Shown in pieces: positions 10,811-20,665 of a DNA stretch of 64,000 bases; position 1 is the stretch's first letter, and the number at the start of each line of letters is the position of its first letter. Made by a program: the position numbers and the translations under genes. Source of the stretch: an uncultured Candidatus Rokubacteria bacterium (GTDB lineage: Bacteria; Methylomirabilota; Methylomirabilia; Rokubacteriales; DASRDR01). Location of the stretch: assembly GCA_963708025.1 (NCBI GenBank), contig CAVPSB010000029.1:73411-137410 (forward strand), written 5' to 3'. The notes below the pieces were generated by a model, which saw nothing but the letters and a program-made list of their open reading frames with translations, was not told the DNA's origin and did not search any database.

Positions 10811-10939
10811 TTCCCCGGCGAGGCGGGGCGAGCAGGTTGGCGCGAGCCGAGGGAGCGGCATCGCCGAAGGCCCAGGCGGTCGTTCCCCCGACGTCGAAGA
10901 CGAGCCCGCTGAGCAAGGGCCCCAGCGACGAGGTGGGGC
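10811..10939 (-). repeat. Degenerate duplicate of the MFS gene 3' end (other copy about 11655-11793)
   Basis: Translates PTSSLGPLLSGLVFDVGGTTAWAFGDA..LLA vs MFS PTSSLGPVLGGLVFDVTRSYAWAFGGA..LLA; long identical nucleotide runs. Confidence 0.9.
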
Positions 10940-10941
10940 TG

Positions 10942-11358
10942 TCAGTCGAGGGGATGGCGCCAGCGGAGACCGGGGAACCGAGCGTAGTCACGGTCAGCCG
11001 TTACCCACTCGGCCCCGGACTCGATGGCGAGGGCCGCGAGGTAGCATCGGGCACGAGGCTCGCTCGCGCGCCGGCCCCTCGGCAGAGCCGAGTGAAGATC
11101 GCCCAGCGTCGCTCGCCGGGAGAGACAGAGAGGCAGTTCGGGTGGGCGAGGTCCGTGATCAGGCGTATCGAGCGGAGTCGGATCACGGAACACGCGGGGA
11201 TGCGTGACAACCCCGAGGAAGCCACTGAGGACGAGATCCGTCATGCCGTACGCGGTGTCCGACTGCATGACGTCTCCCAGCCAGGCCCGATACCGCGCAT
11301 GCTCCGGCGCATCGAGCCGGTGGGCGTAGACGAGGACGTTAACGTCGATCAGGAACAG
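10942..11358 (-). pseudogene. vapC: VapC PIN-domain toxin, degraded
   Basis: LFLIDVNVLVYAH...THPRVF..PT...LVPDA/YLAALAIESG..WVTADRDYARFPGLRW; no canonical start codon and two internal frameshifts. Confidence 0.85.
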
Positions 11359-11596
11359 CCGCGGGCTCCGTCAGGTCGAGCAGTGCAGCGCTGTCGTCGA
11401 GGTCGACTCCAGGCTGGAGGCCGCCAACCCCGAAGGTCGTGAGTTCGACCCGCCCGGGACGACCCGCGCGCCGGCGGCGGGCGAGCGCTTCCCTGAGGGC
11501 GTCCTCGACGAGGGCCGTCATCGTCGTGCCCGACGCGGCGGCGAGCTTCTTGAGCCGCGCGATCAGATCGTCAGGAAGGTTGATCGTCGTACGCAT
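11339..11596 (-). CDS. vapB: VapB-type ribbon-helix-helix antitoxin
   Basis: MRTTINLPDDL...LVEDALREAL...GLQPGVDLDDSAALLDL, immediately upstream of the PIN gene. Confidence 0.88.
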   Translation of the reverse strand: MRTTINLPDDLIARLKKLAAASGTTMTALVEDALREALARRRRAGRPGRVELTTFGVGGLQPGVDLDDSAALLDLTEPAAVPDRR

Positions 11597-11623
11597 GCAT
11601 CAAAGCATACGGTCGATGCATCA
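11594..11623 (-). promoter_or_regulatory. vapBC -10 box and palindromic operator (probably leaderless mRNA)
   Basis: TGATGCATC...TATGCT..TGATGC-ATG: two ATGCAT palindromes around a TATGCT -10 hexamer about 7 nt before the ATG. Confidence 0.55.
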
Positions 11624-12856
11624 CGATGGCAACTCGGTCACCGGCTCGGGGGCTCTCCCCGGCGGCCGGGCTAGGGCGAGCAGGCCGAGCGCGAGCAGGT
11701 TGAGGACCGCGGCGCCGCCGAAGGCCCAAGCGTAGCTCCGGGTGACGTCGAAGACGAGGCCGCCCAGCACGGGCCCCAGCGACGACGTGGGGCCGGCGAT
11801 CCCGAAGATCAGGCCGACGAGGCTGCCCGAGTGCGCCGGGCCGAAGAAGTCGCCGATGATCGCCGGCATCAGCGCGGTGACCGCCCCGTAGGCGAAGCCG
11901 TAGACCCCCGACGCGGCGAAGAGGCTCGGGGCGCCCGTCGGCAGCGCCAGGCCGACGAAGGCGAGCGCCTGGAGGGCGAGCGAGACGGCGAGCGCCGCCC
12001 GGCGGCCGATCCGATCGGAGACGGCGCCCATGGTCAGACGCCCCGCCAGGGAGCCGGCGCCGAGGGCCGACAGCGCGGTGGCGCCGGCGGCGGGCGAGAG
12101 CCCGAGGTCCTGCGCCAGCGGGACCAGGTGCACCGGCGCCATGAAGACCGGGATCCAGGTGGCGGTGTAGACGCCGGCCAGTGCCAGGAACGACGGGTGG
12201 CGGAGGGCGCGCCGCACGGGCCAGCTCGGGGCTCCGGGCTCGGCCGCCCGGTCCCCGGCCGGCGCGCCGCCGTAGGGCCGGAGGCCGCGGGCGGCCGGGT
12301 CCCGGACGAGGAGCCGGGAGAGCCCGGCGAGCGTCAGCGCGAGCCCGGCGCCGAGGGTCAGGTAGGTGGCGCGCCAGCCGGCGCGGTCGATGAGCAGGGC
12401 GATCAGGCGCGGGCAGACCAGGACACCCACGCCGGCGCCGGCCATGACGAGGCCCACCGCGGTGCCGCGGCGGGCGGTGAACCACCGGACGGCGGTCGAG
12501 CTGCACGGCACGTAGGCGGTGCTCATGCCGAGGCCGGCCACGAAGTACGTCGCGTAGAGCGGCGCTAGCGAACGGACCGTGCCCGAGGCGCCGAGCCCGA
12601 GCCCGAGGAGCAGCCCGCCCAGGGCGACGACGCGCTGCGGCCCCCAGCGGTCAGTGAGCCGGCCTGCGATCAGCCCCGTGAATGAGTACGTGCCCGCGTA
12701 GAGCGAGAAGACGCCGGCCAGCGCGGCCCGGCTCCAGCCGAACTCGGCGGTGAGCGCGGCGAAGAAGAGGCCGAAGGCGTACTGGACGCCGTAGGTGAGG
12801 AACATCACCATGAAGCCGGCCGCGACGACCACCCACCCGTAGTGCAGTCGGCTCAT
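11621..12856 (-). CDS. MFS transporter (MCT/OFA-like)
   Basis: Start MSRLHYGWVVV; GRLTDRWGPQ and GAVSDRIGRR MFS motif A; multiple TM segments. Confidence 0.92.
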   Translation of the reverse strand: MSRLHYGWVVVAAGFMVMFLTYGVQYAFGLFFAALTAEFGWSRAALAGVFSLYAGTYSFTGLIAGRLTDRWGPQRVVALGGLLLGLGLGASGTVRSLAPLYATYFVAGLGMSTAYVPCSSTAVRWFTARRGTAVGLVMAGAGVGVLVCPRLIALLIDRAGWRATYLTLGAGLALTLAGLSRLLVRDPAARGLRPYGGAPAGDRAAEPGAPSWPVRRALRHPSFLALAGVYTATWIPVFMAPVHLVPLAQDLGLSPAAGATALSALGAGSLAGRLTMGAVSDRIGRRAALAVSLALQALAFVGLALPTGAPSLFAASGVYGFAYGAVTALMPAIIGDFFGPAHSGSLVGLIFGIAGPTSSLGPVLGGLVFDVTRSYAWAFGGAAVLNLLALGLLALARPPGRAPEPVTELPS

Positions 12857-12949
12857 CCCTGCCGCTCTTCGACTGGATGGAGATGCCCCGGAGGAGACTC
12901 CCTCCGGCCCTAACGTCCTGAGGGGACCGAGGTCATAGAAGGCGGGGGC

Positions 12950-13135
12950 AGGGCCGAGGAGCGAGCAGCGCCCACAGGCCGAAGGCCGTCCGAGAGACGC
13001 AGGGAGTCGCCGACCGCAGGCGTATGCCGCATACGCCGAGGATCGGCGACGAACCGAGGACGACCATAGGTCGGGACGGACGCCCAAGGGCCGAAGGCCG
13101 TCCGACCGTCGTAGGCCGAGCGCGTCTCGACCGAG
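12950..13135. repeat. Composite REP-like intergenic element (family B)
   Basis: Two GGCC-GAA-GGCCGTC hairpins (12972-12990, 13089-13102) and nested stems GTCGCCGA..GGCGTATG-CCG-CATACGCC..TCGGCGAC. Confidence 0.65.
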
Positions 13136-13167
13136 ATGGACATTGCGAAGCTCATCGGCCCTGCCCC

Positions 13168-13641
13168 CTACATCGTGTCGTGGGCGTGGGGGTGGAGGAG
13201 TCTCGCCTCGATCCGGCCGAGCACCTCCAGGATGAGCAGGGCCAGGACGGTGCCGACGAGCGGGACCCAGATCAAGCCCGCGCCCACCGCCAGGCCGATC
13301 GCCGCCGCGATCCAGACCGAGCTGGCCGTGGTCAGGCCCTTGACCAGCCCCTGGCCCTCCAGCTTGATGATCGCGCCGGCGCCGATGAACCCGATGCCGG
13401 TGGCGATCCCCTGGATCACGCGCGTGATGTCGGCGGCCGCCGCGCCCGCCTCGAGCGGCGCCAGCACGAACAGGGCGGAGCCCAGGGAGACCAGCATGTG
13501 AGTGCGGAGCCCGGCCGTCTTGCCGAGCCGCCCGCGTTCCCAGCCGAGCGCGCCCCCGAACAGGGCGGCCAGGGTCAGCCGGACGGCGACGCGGAGCGCC
13601 GCCCCGAAATCGGGGTTCTGGATGATCGCGTCCAGCGACAC
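13168..13641 (-). CDS. MgtC/SapB family membrane protein
   Basis: GWER....KTAGLRTHMLVSLGS, GIGFIGAGAI, GLTTASSVW..AAIGLAVGAG. Confidence 0.93.
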   Translation of the reverse strand: MSLDAIIQNPDFGAALRVAVRLTLAALFGGALGWERGRLGKTAGLRTHMLVSLGSALFVLAPLEAGAAAADITRVIQGIATGIGFIGAGAIIKLEGQGLVKGLTTASSVWIAAAIGLAVGAGLIWVPLVGTVLALLILEVLGRIEARLLHPHAHDTM

Positions 13642-13671
13642 GTGTCCCCCCTCCCCGGTCGCTCGCCGCCG

Positions 13672-16479
13672 CTATCGGCCGCGGCGATCGGCGCCCGCGC
13701 CGTGCCTGACCAGGACCTCCCGCAGGTACTTTCCGGTGTACGACGCGGCGACCTGGGCCACGACCTCCGGCGACCCCTCGGCCACGATCTCGCCGCCGGC
13801 CTCCCCCGCCTCGGGACCGAGGTCCAGGATCCAGTCGGCGCTCTTGATGACGTCGAGGTGGTGCTCGACGACCAGGACCGTGTTCCCGGCGTCGACGAGC
13901 CGCTGGAGGACGCCGAGGAGCCGCCGGATGTCGTCGAGGTGCAACCCGGTCGTGGGCTCGTCGAGAATGTAGAGGACGTCCCGCCCGAGCCGCGCCCCCA
14001 GCTCGGCGGCGATCTTCAAGCGCTGCGCCTCCCCGCCCGAGAGCGTCGTGGCCGGCTGCCCGAGCCGCAGGTACCCGAGCCCGACCTCCTGGAGGACCTG
14101 GAGCCGCCGGACGAGGGCCGGCACGGCCCCGAACAGCTCGACGGCCTCGTCCACGGTGAGCTGGAGCACCTGGCTCACGTCCTTGCCCCGGTACGTGACC
14201 TCGCGGACCTCGGCGCGGTAGCGCCGGCCCTCGCAGGCCTGGCAGGTGACGTAGACGTCCTCGAAGAAGTACATCTCGAGCTTCTCGAAGCCGTCGCCCT
14301 CGCACGTCTCGCAGCGCCCGCCCGGCACGTTGAACGAGAAGTGACCGGGGCCGAACCCGAGGGTCTTGGCCCGGGGCAGCCCGGCGAAGAGCTTGCGGAT
14401 CTCGTCGAACGCCTTGATGTAGGTCACCGGGTTCGACCGGGGTGTCCGGCCGATCGGCTCCTGGTCGATGAGCTTCACGCCGCCGAGGTGCTCGAGGCCC
14501 GTGAGCGCGTCGTACGCCCCCGGACTGTCGAACTCGGCCTTGAAGGCCCGCGCTACCGCCCGGTACAGGGTGTCGTGGACGAGCGTGGACTTGCCGGAGC
14601 CCGAGACGCCGGTGACGCAGGTGAGCGTGTGGAGCGGGATGCGGGCCGTGATGGCCTTGAGGTTGTGCTGGCGGGCGCCGACCAGGGCGAGCCAGCGGCC
14701 GCTCCCGTCCCGGCGGCCGAGCGGGAGCGGGATCGTCTCACGACCCGACAGATAGCGGGCGGTCAGCGACCGCGGATCGCGGGCGAACTCGTCGCGCGGC
14801 CCGGCGAAGATGACCTCGCCCCCCCGCTCGCCGGAGCCCGGGCCCAGCTCCACGCAGTAGTCGGCCGCCTCGATGAAGCTCCGGTCGTGCTCGACCACGA
14901 CGACGGTGTTCCCGGCGTAGGCCAGCTCGCGACACAGCTCGGCCAGCCGGCTCACGTCCCGGGCGTGGAGGCCGATGGAGGGCTCGTCCAGGACGTACAG
15001 CGTGCCGACGAGCTGGGCGCCAAGCTGGGTGGCCAGGGCGATCCGCTGGGCCTCGCCGCCGGAGAGCGTGCGCGTCTGGCGGTCGAGCGCGAGGTAGCCG
15101 AGCCCCACCCGCCGGAGGAACGCTAGCTTCGCCTGGAGCCGGGCGCGAACGTCGCGCGCCACCTCGGTCTCCCACGCCGTCAGCCCGAGCCCGTCGAGCC
15201 AGGCGGCGACGTCGTCCACCGTCCGGCGGCAGAGCTCGGCGATGGTGAGGCCGTCCACGGTGACGGCGAGCGCCTCCGGCCGGAGCCGCGCCCCGCGGCA
15301 CGTCGGGCAGGGTGCCTGGCTGCGATAGCGCGAGAGGAACACGCGGACGTGGAGCTTGTAGCGATACCCCTCGATCTCCTCGAAGAAGCCCCGGACCCCG
15401 CAGAAGTCGTCGTCGCCGTCCTGGACCCATCGCCGCGCCGCCTCGGGCAGCTCCCGGTAGGGGACCTTGACGTCCACCTTGCGGCGGCGGGCGGTCCGCA
15501 TCAGCTCCTTCTGGTACCACTCCCCGGACGGGTGTCGCCACGGCTGGACCGCGCCGTCGGCGAGCGAGAGGGTCGGATCCGGCACCACCCGGCTCTCGTC
15601 GTAGCGGAGGAGGTGGCCGAAGCCGCGACACTCGGGGCACGCGCCGACCGGGTGGTTGAAGGAGAAGAGGAGCGGCTGGGGGCGCTCGATCGCCTGCCCG
15701 CAGGCGTGACAGCCGAAGCGGTCGCCGTAGCGGTGAAGGGCGGGTGGCTGACCGTCGCGGAGGACCTCCACCACCGCGCGCCCGCCCCCCTCGCGGAAGG
15801 CCTGCTCCAACGAGCCGGCCATCCGGCTCTGGCGTGCGGGTTCCAGGGGCAGCCGGTCGAGGACGACGAGGAGCTCGGGGTGGCCGGTCAGATCGACGGC
15901 CGGCAGCGGCGTCAGCGGCTGGATCTCGTCACCGATCTTCACCCGCACGAAGCCGCGGGCGGCGAGGCGCCCCAGGAACTCCGCGGCCGGCTCCTTGGTC
16001 GGGACGGGGAGCGGGAACATGACGAGGGCGCGCGCGCCGGGCCAGGCGCGGCACAGCTCGTCGGCGACCCGGTCGGGGGCGTCGGCCCGCGCCTCCCGGC
16101 CGCAGCGGGGGCAGTGGACGCGGCCGATCCTCGCGTAGAGGAGGCGCAGGTAGTCGGCCAGCTCGGTGGCGGTCCCGACGGTGGAGCGGGCCGTGCGTAC
16201 GGGATTCTTCTGCTCCAGCGCGATGGCCGGCCGGATGTGCTCTACCTGGTTGACGTCGGGCCGGTCGATCCGCTCGAGGAACATCCGCGCGTAGGACGAG
16301 AGCGACTCGACGAAGCGCCACTGGCCCTCGGCGAAGATCGTGTCAAAGGCGAGCGAGGACTTCCCGGACCCCGAGACGCCGGTCACGACCGTGAGCTGGT
16401 CGTGCGGCAGCGCGAGCGAGACGTTCTTCAGGTTGTTCTGTCGGGCTCCGTGGATCCGGAGCCATGAGGACTGCGCCAT
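13672..16479 (-). CDS. uvrA: Excinuclease ABC subunit A
   Basis: GARQNNLKN, two GVSGSGKS Walker A motifs, two [16 protein letters not shown] zinc-finger motifs. Confidence 0.95.
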   Translation of the reverse strand: MAQSSWLRIHGARQNNLKNVSLALPHDQLTVVTGVSGSGKSSLAFDTIFAEGQWRFVESLSSYARMFLERIDRPDVNQVEHIRPAIALEQKNPVRTARSTVGTATELADYLRLLYARIGRVHCPRCGREARADAPDRVADELCRAWPGARALVMFPLPVPTKEPAAEFLGRLAARGFVRVKIGDEIQPLTPLPAVDLTGHPELLVVLDRLPLEPARQSRMAGSLEQAFREGGGRAVVEVLRDGQPPALHRYGDRFGCHACGQAIERPQPLLFSFNHPVGACPECRGFGHLLRYDESRVVPDPTLSLADGAVQPWRHPSGEWYQKELMRTARRRKVDVKVPYRELPEAARRWVQDGDDDFCGVRGFFEEIEGYRYKLHVRVFLSRYRSQAPCPTCRGARLRPEALAVTVDGLTIAELCRRTVDDVAAWLDGLGLTAWETEVARDVRARLQAKLAFLRRVGLGYLALDRQTRTLSGGEAQRIALATQLGAQLVGTLYVLDEPSIGLHARDVSRLAELCRELAYAGNTVVVVEHDRSFIEAADYCVELGPGSGERGGEVIFAGPRDEFARDPRSLTARYLSGRETIPLPLGRRDGSGRWLALVGARQHNLKAITARIPLHTLTCVTGVSGSGKSTLVHDTLYRAVARAFKAEFDSPGAYDALTGLEHLGGVKLIDQEPIGRTPRSNPVTYIKAFDEIRKLFAGLPRAKTLGFGPGHFSFNVPGGRCETCEGDGFEKLEMYFFEDVYVTCQACEGRRYRAEVREVTYRGKDVSQVLQLTVDEAVELFGAVPALVRRLQVLQEVGLGYLRLGQPATTLSGGEAQRLKIAAELGARLGRDVLYILDEPTTGLHLDDIRRLLGVLQRLVDAGNTVLVVEHHLDVIKSADWILDLGPEAGEAGGEIVAEGSPEVVAQVAASYTGKYLREVLVRHGAGADRRGR

Positions 16480-16612
16480 GCCGTCGAACCCCCTGAGGGG
16501 CGATTGTACCGCGACCCGGAGGCGGCGGCGAGGAGCGGAGGCCGAGTCTCTCGCGCGCGACGGGCGGATCGAGCCCGACCTTCGAGCTCTTGGCGAGCTC
16601 TTGGCGACGCCT

Positions 16613-16765
16613 TGAACCAATGCCGACGACTCTGACTCCATCACCCGTCGGCTTCTCGCAACCCTCGGACTCGGGCCACGCGGCCGTGACGTTCGGCTTC
16701 GAGCCGCGGCTTCGCCGCGGCCTCCGAGGGGGGGCTTCGGGGGGGCTTCCGAGACCCCCCGGAAG
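16613..16765 (-). repeat. Structured intergenic repeat family A, copy 1
   Basis: Homologous to 31847-31990 and 34273-34436; starts right after the stop of the MetX-like gene. Confidence 0.8.
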
Positions 16766-16767
16766 TC

Positions 16768-17969
16768 TTAGTCGCGCAGGAACTTCCGGATGGTCTCCCC
16801 GGCCTTGGCGACGGCGAGGACGCCGTCCAGGTGGCCGCCGTCCCCCTCGATCTCGACGTACTCGACCGACTTTCCCTCCTTCTTCAGGAGCGCCATCGCC
16901 TGCTTCGAGTAGTCGGGGAACAGCAGCAGGTCCGACGACGCCGGGATCAGGAGGACCCTGGCCTTCACGTCGCGGAGGCCTTCCGGGAGCGACCCCTTGT
17001 GTCCCGTGACGAAGAGCTGATTGGCCTTCACCAGATAGAGGAAGTGGTTGGCGTCGGACACCTTGGCCCGCGCCGCGGCGGTCCTGTCCAGGACGTCCTC
17101 GACCGCGAACTTGTTCTCCCAGCCCCTGGCCGGGTCACGGTCGGCGGCCGCCCACTTGCGACCGAACGCCTTCTCGGCCCAGCCGTAGTGGCGGGCGTGG
17201 AGGGTGACCGTCTTGAGCGCCAGCGCCAGGCCTTCGAGCGGCGCTTCCTTGTCGTAGTAGTCACCCCGGTTCCACCGGGGATCCATGAGGATGGGCGCCG
17301 CCCAGATGTTGAGCCAGCCGATCATGTAGGCGTTGGCTTCGACGGCGCCGATGACCGGGATGACGCGCTCGACCATGTCGGGATAGGCGGCGGCCCATTC
17401 GAAGCTCTGGAGGGCTCCCATGGAGGCGCCGGTGACGGCGTGGAGCTTCTTGACGCCGAGCGAGTCGAGGAGCGCCTTCTGGACGTTGACGAAGTCGCGG
17501 ATGGTGACGACGGGGAACGTCATCCCGTACGGCCGGCCGGTGTCGGGATCGATCGAGGCCGGACCGGTGGTGACGGTGTTCGGTCCTTGGTGTTGAGGTT
17601 CACCAGCGTGTCCGCGCTGATGACGAAGAACCGGTCGGTGTCGATCGGCTTTCCGGACCCGATGATGGCGTCCCAGTAGCCCGGCGCCGCGTCGCTCGCC
17701 TGGTACTTGCCGGCGGCGTGGGAATTGCCGGAGAAGAAGTGGGCGACCAGGACGACGTTGTCCCGGGCGGCGTTCAGCGTCCCGTAGCTCTCGTAGCCGA
17801 CGCGGACGTTCTTGATGGTCTGGCCGCCCACCGTGGTGTAGGACGGCATGGTGAAGACCTTCTTCTCCACGGGGCCGTCGTACGCCCAGCCGGGGGCGGC
17901 GACGGCGAGGCCGATCAGCACGAGCGCGAGCGCGGGGAGCGAGCGGGCGGCGTGGACGAGGCGAGTCAT
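16768..17969 (-). CDS. Exported MetX-like alpha/beta hydrolase (homoserine O-acetyltransferase fold), frameshift near 17583
   Basis: Signal peptide; GYESYGTLN, HFFSGNSHAAG, nucleophile GASMG, D..LFP, GHLDG; two frames join at TKD/PNTV. Confidence 0.85.
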
Positions 17970-18104
17970 GGGGATTCCTCCACTTCTGTCCGGCGTCGGA
18001 CATCCGGGCGGGGCTGCGGCTGGCCCGGACCCTAGCAGACGGCGCGCGCCGATGTCAATGGATCGTCCTGCCGCCCCTCGTGGTCATGATCATGGCTCCT
18101 TACG

Positions 18105-18120
18105 TGGCATTACTTGTGCA
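18105..18120 (+). promoter_or_regulatory. Possible sigma54 promoter (variant)
   Basis: TGGCATT-ACTT-GTGCA; GG/GC spacing correct but -12 TT imperfect; about 200 bp upstream of the DUF302 gene. Confidence 0.35.
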
Positions 18121-18326
18121 CACCGAGACCACTGTGGATCGATCTGGACGAGAGATCCGGAAGCCCGGTCGGTCGCCATCGGTTCGGCGTCCCCCGTGCG
18201 CATGGTGGCACCCCGGTGCACCAGTTCCCGCCTGGGCGGGTAGAGTCTGCGGCCGGAATGGAGGAGTTGGCCATGCCACGGCCCCGACCGTTGCGGTGGT
18301 CCAGCACGTGAAACAGGAGGACAGCC

Positions 18327-18710
18327 ATGCTTCACATCGTTGAGTCGCGCAAGCCGCTGGATCGGGTCGCGAAGGACTTCGTCGAAGCCGCAGCTCGCCA
18401 CAAGTTCGGCGTACTGGGCGTTCACGATCTCAAGGCCAAGATGGCCGAGAAGGGCGTGACGTTCGACCACGAGTGCCGGATCTTCGAGGTCTGCAACCCG
18501 CACCAGGCCAAGAAGGTGCTCGACACCAACCTGGCGATCTCGACCGCCCTGCCGTGCCGGGTCTCGGTCTACGAGGAGGGCGGGATCACGAAGCTCGCCA
18601 CGATCAAGCCGACGGCCATGATCGCGCTGTACGGGAACCCTGAGCTCAAGGGAGTCGCCGAGGACGTGGAGACGACCCTCGACCGGATCATGGCGGAGGC
18701 CGCCCAATAG
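18327..18710 (+). CDS. DUF302 domain protein
   Basis: FGVL..HDLK, IFEVCNP..A..VL, ALPCRVSVYE; AGGAGG RBS. Confidence 0.92.
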   Translation: MLHIVESRKPLDRVAKDFVEAAARHKFGVLGVHDLKAKMAEKGVTFDHECRIFEVCNPHQAKKVLDTNLAISTALPCRVSVYEEGGITKLATIKPTAMIALYGNPELKGVAEDVETTLDRIMAEAAQ

Positions 18711-18748
18711 GAGGCCACGGCGGTACCACGCAGCTGACACGGAGGTCC

Positions 18749-19126
18749 GTGATGGAGAGAAACACGGTCCGTGGGACGAACCTCACCGGAAGACCCCCGT
18801 CATGGAAGACGCTGGCCGGCGGACTGTGTGGCGGGCTGAGTGGCATCGCCGCCCTCCCCATCAGCGCGTGGGCGCAGGAGCGCCCGTGGGGCTGGGGCTG
18901 GCATCCGATGTGGGGGGTATGGGGAGCGTGGGGCGTCGGCATGATGCTGTTCATGCTTGCGTTCTGGGTCCTGGTGATCGTGGGCGTGGTGCTGGGGATC
19001 CGTTGGCTGGCGACCCAGGGACGCGAGTCGCGAGCTGACACCGCGCTGGAGATCCTGCGGCAGCGCTACGCGCGGGGCGAGATCAACAAGGAGGAGTTCG
19101 AGGCCAAGAAGCGGGATCTGAGCTGA
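18749..19126 (+). CDS. SHOCT domain membrane protein
   Basis: Trp/Gly/Met-rich linker, TM helix, ALEILRQRYARGEINKEEFEAKKRDL. Confidence 0.9.
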   Translation: MMERNTVRGTNLTGRPPSWKTLAGGLCGGLSGIAALPISAWAQERPWGWGWHPMWGVWGAWGVGMMLFMLAFWVLVIVGVVLGIRWLATQGRESRADTALEILRQRYARGEINKEEFEAKKRDLS

Positions 19127-19187
19127 TCGGTCTCCGAGGGTCGGTGCACCAGGCGGGGTATGTGGCCAGGTAGGCAGCGCCCCGTCG

Positions 19188-19227
19188 GTGGGGCACCGCC
19201 GCCCCACCTGCTGTTCGGATGCCCCAC
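19188..19227 (+). promoter_or_regulatory. Tandem palindromic upstream activator site
   Basis: GTGGGGC-ACCGCC-GCCCCAC followed by a second GCCCCAC 20 bp later; same motif at 29658-29696. Confidence 0.65.
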
Positions 19228-19323
19228 TCCCCGCCCTGACCGGGTGCCGGGGCGTCGGTGATCCCCTCCGCCTCGTCAATGCTGGAGGACAGTTGGCGGG
19301 CCCTTACCGACGCGGGTCCGATC

Positions 19324-19339
19324 TGGCAAGCACTTTGCT
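19324..19339 (+). promoter_or_regulatory. sigma54 (-24/-12) promoter
   Basis: TGGCAAG-CACT-TTGCT; same arms as 29562-29577. Confidence 0.8.
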
Positions 19340-19381
19340 CGAACCATGATCGACATGCGTTTCGGACGAGGTGCTCCAGCC

Positions 19382-19606
19382 ATGCGCGCCGCGGGGTTCA
19401 TTGCCCTGCTCCTCATCGCGGCCTCGATCCCCTGCCTTGTCCATGCCGATTCCGGTGACTCCGATGATCTCTGCCTCAGCTTCGGCCCGCTCGTCGGGCC
19501 GATCGCGGTGCCCCTCCTTCTCCCGGCCGGTGACTCTCACGCGGCTCCCGTGACCGTTCACCAGGCCGTGCCGGTCAACCTGCCCGTTCCCCCGCCCGAG
19601 GCCTGA
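19382..19606 (+). CDS. Small leader protein L1 (signal/TM, C-x12-C, terminal LPVPPPEA)
   Basis: GAGGTG RBS; paralogous to 29304-29543; first ORF after the sigma54 promoter. Confidence 0.7.
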   Translation: MRAAGFIALLLIAASIPCLVHADSGDSDDLCLSFGPLVGPIAVPLLLPAGDSHAAPVTVHQAVPVNLPVPPPEA

Positions 19607-19723
19607 CGCCCCCGGACCCGCGCGCTCGAACGCGCGGGTGAACCGACTCGAACGACACAGGCCGGCGCCGCGCCGCGCGCCGCCGGCCATCCGAGGGCCA
19701 TCTCGGGCGCAAAGGGGGCGCTG

Positions 19724-20665
19724 GTGTTCGATCACCATGAAGTCCGCCCGGCTCGCCGACCGGCCGCACGGCCGGTCCGGACGACGGGTCGGGGTCTGCT
19801 CGTCGCGGTGGCGACGCTCGCCGTCCTGGGCACCGCCGGGGCGGGGGCGCAGACGCCGCCTCACGGGATGCCGGGGTCGCTGCCGGGCCCCGGCGCGGAG
19901 ATGGCCCACGACCGGCCCTTCTACCGGGAGGGGACGTTCCACGCGCTCGTCGGCGCCGTCCTGATCGGCGGCGCCCTCGTCGCCTACCGGTTCCTACGTT
20001 CCCGGCCGCGCTGGCGTGCCAGGCCGGCCGGGTTCGTGAGCGAGGCCGTCCTGGCGGTCAACCTCATGGACTCCACCCACCTGGCGACGCACTACGGCGA
20101 GGCGGTGGCCCTGCGTGCGCGGAATGCCCTGGAGGAACAGGTTCGCCGCCTGACCGAGGCGACGCGCGCGTTCCTCGAGACGACCGGCGACGGCTGCCTC
20201 GTGACGTTCCCGGCCGTGACGCCCGCGCTCGAGTCGGCCGTCGCGCTCGTCCGGGAGCGGCACGAGGGGCCGACCGACCTGGGGCCGGCAGGCCGGCTCG
20301 AGGTCCGGGTCGGCGTGACGTACGGCGAGATCCTCCTCGACGCGCGCGGTGTCCGCCATGGCACCGCCATCAACAAGGCCTATCGGCTCCTCAGCGTGAA
20401 GGCCAAGGATCTCGTCGAGCTGAAGGGCGACGCCGAGGGGACGGCGCTGTCCGAGCGGACCCGGATCCTGGTCGATGAGGACGCGGCGCAGGAGGTGGGC
20501 CGCACCGTGGGACTCGGGTTCGTCGGTTACGCCCGGCTGAGGGGCTTCACCGGCCTCCACGGTCTGTACGAGGCGAGATGGCGGGCTGGCACCCAGCCGA
20601 CCCCGCCCGCCGGCGCCGCGGACCCGCAGGGCCGGGCCTCCGGCCCGCACGGAGGCATCCTGTGA
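19724..20665 (+). CDS. Membrane-anchored class III nucleotidyl cyclase-like protein
   Basis: Two hydrophobic segments, then AVLAVNLMDST, TGDGCLVTF, VRVGVTYGE, GTAINKAYRL, LRGF motifs. Confidence 0.8.
   Translation: MFDHHEVRPARRPAARPVRTTGRGLLVAVATLAVLGTAGAGAQTPPHGMPGSLPGPGAEMAHDRPFYREGTFHALVGAVLIGGALVAYRFLRSRPRWRARPAGFVSEAVLAVNLMDSTHLATHYGEAVALRARNALEEQVRRLTEATRAFLETTGDGCLVTFPAVTPALESAVALVRERHEGPTDLGPAGRLEVRVGVTYGEILLDARGVRHGTAINKAYRLLSVKAKDLVELKGDAEGTALSERTRILVDEDAAQEVGRTVGLGFVGYARLRGFTGLHGLYEARWRAGTQPTPPAGAADPQGRASGPHGGIL

Noticed and set aside
11621-14305. 894-aa ORF extending the MFS gene
   Set aside because: The extension overlaps mgtC, uvrA and a repeat in another frame; MFS homology begins at 12856
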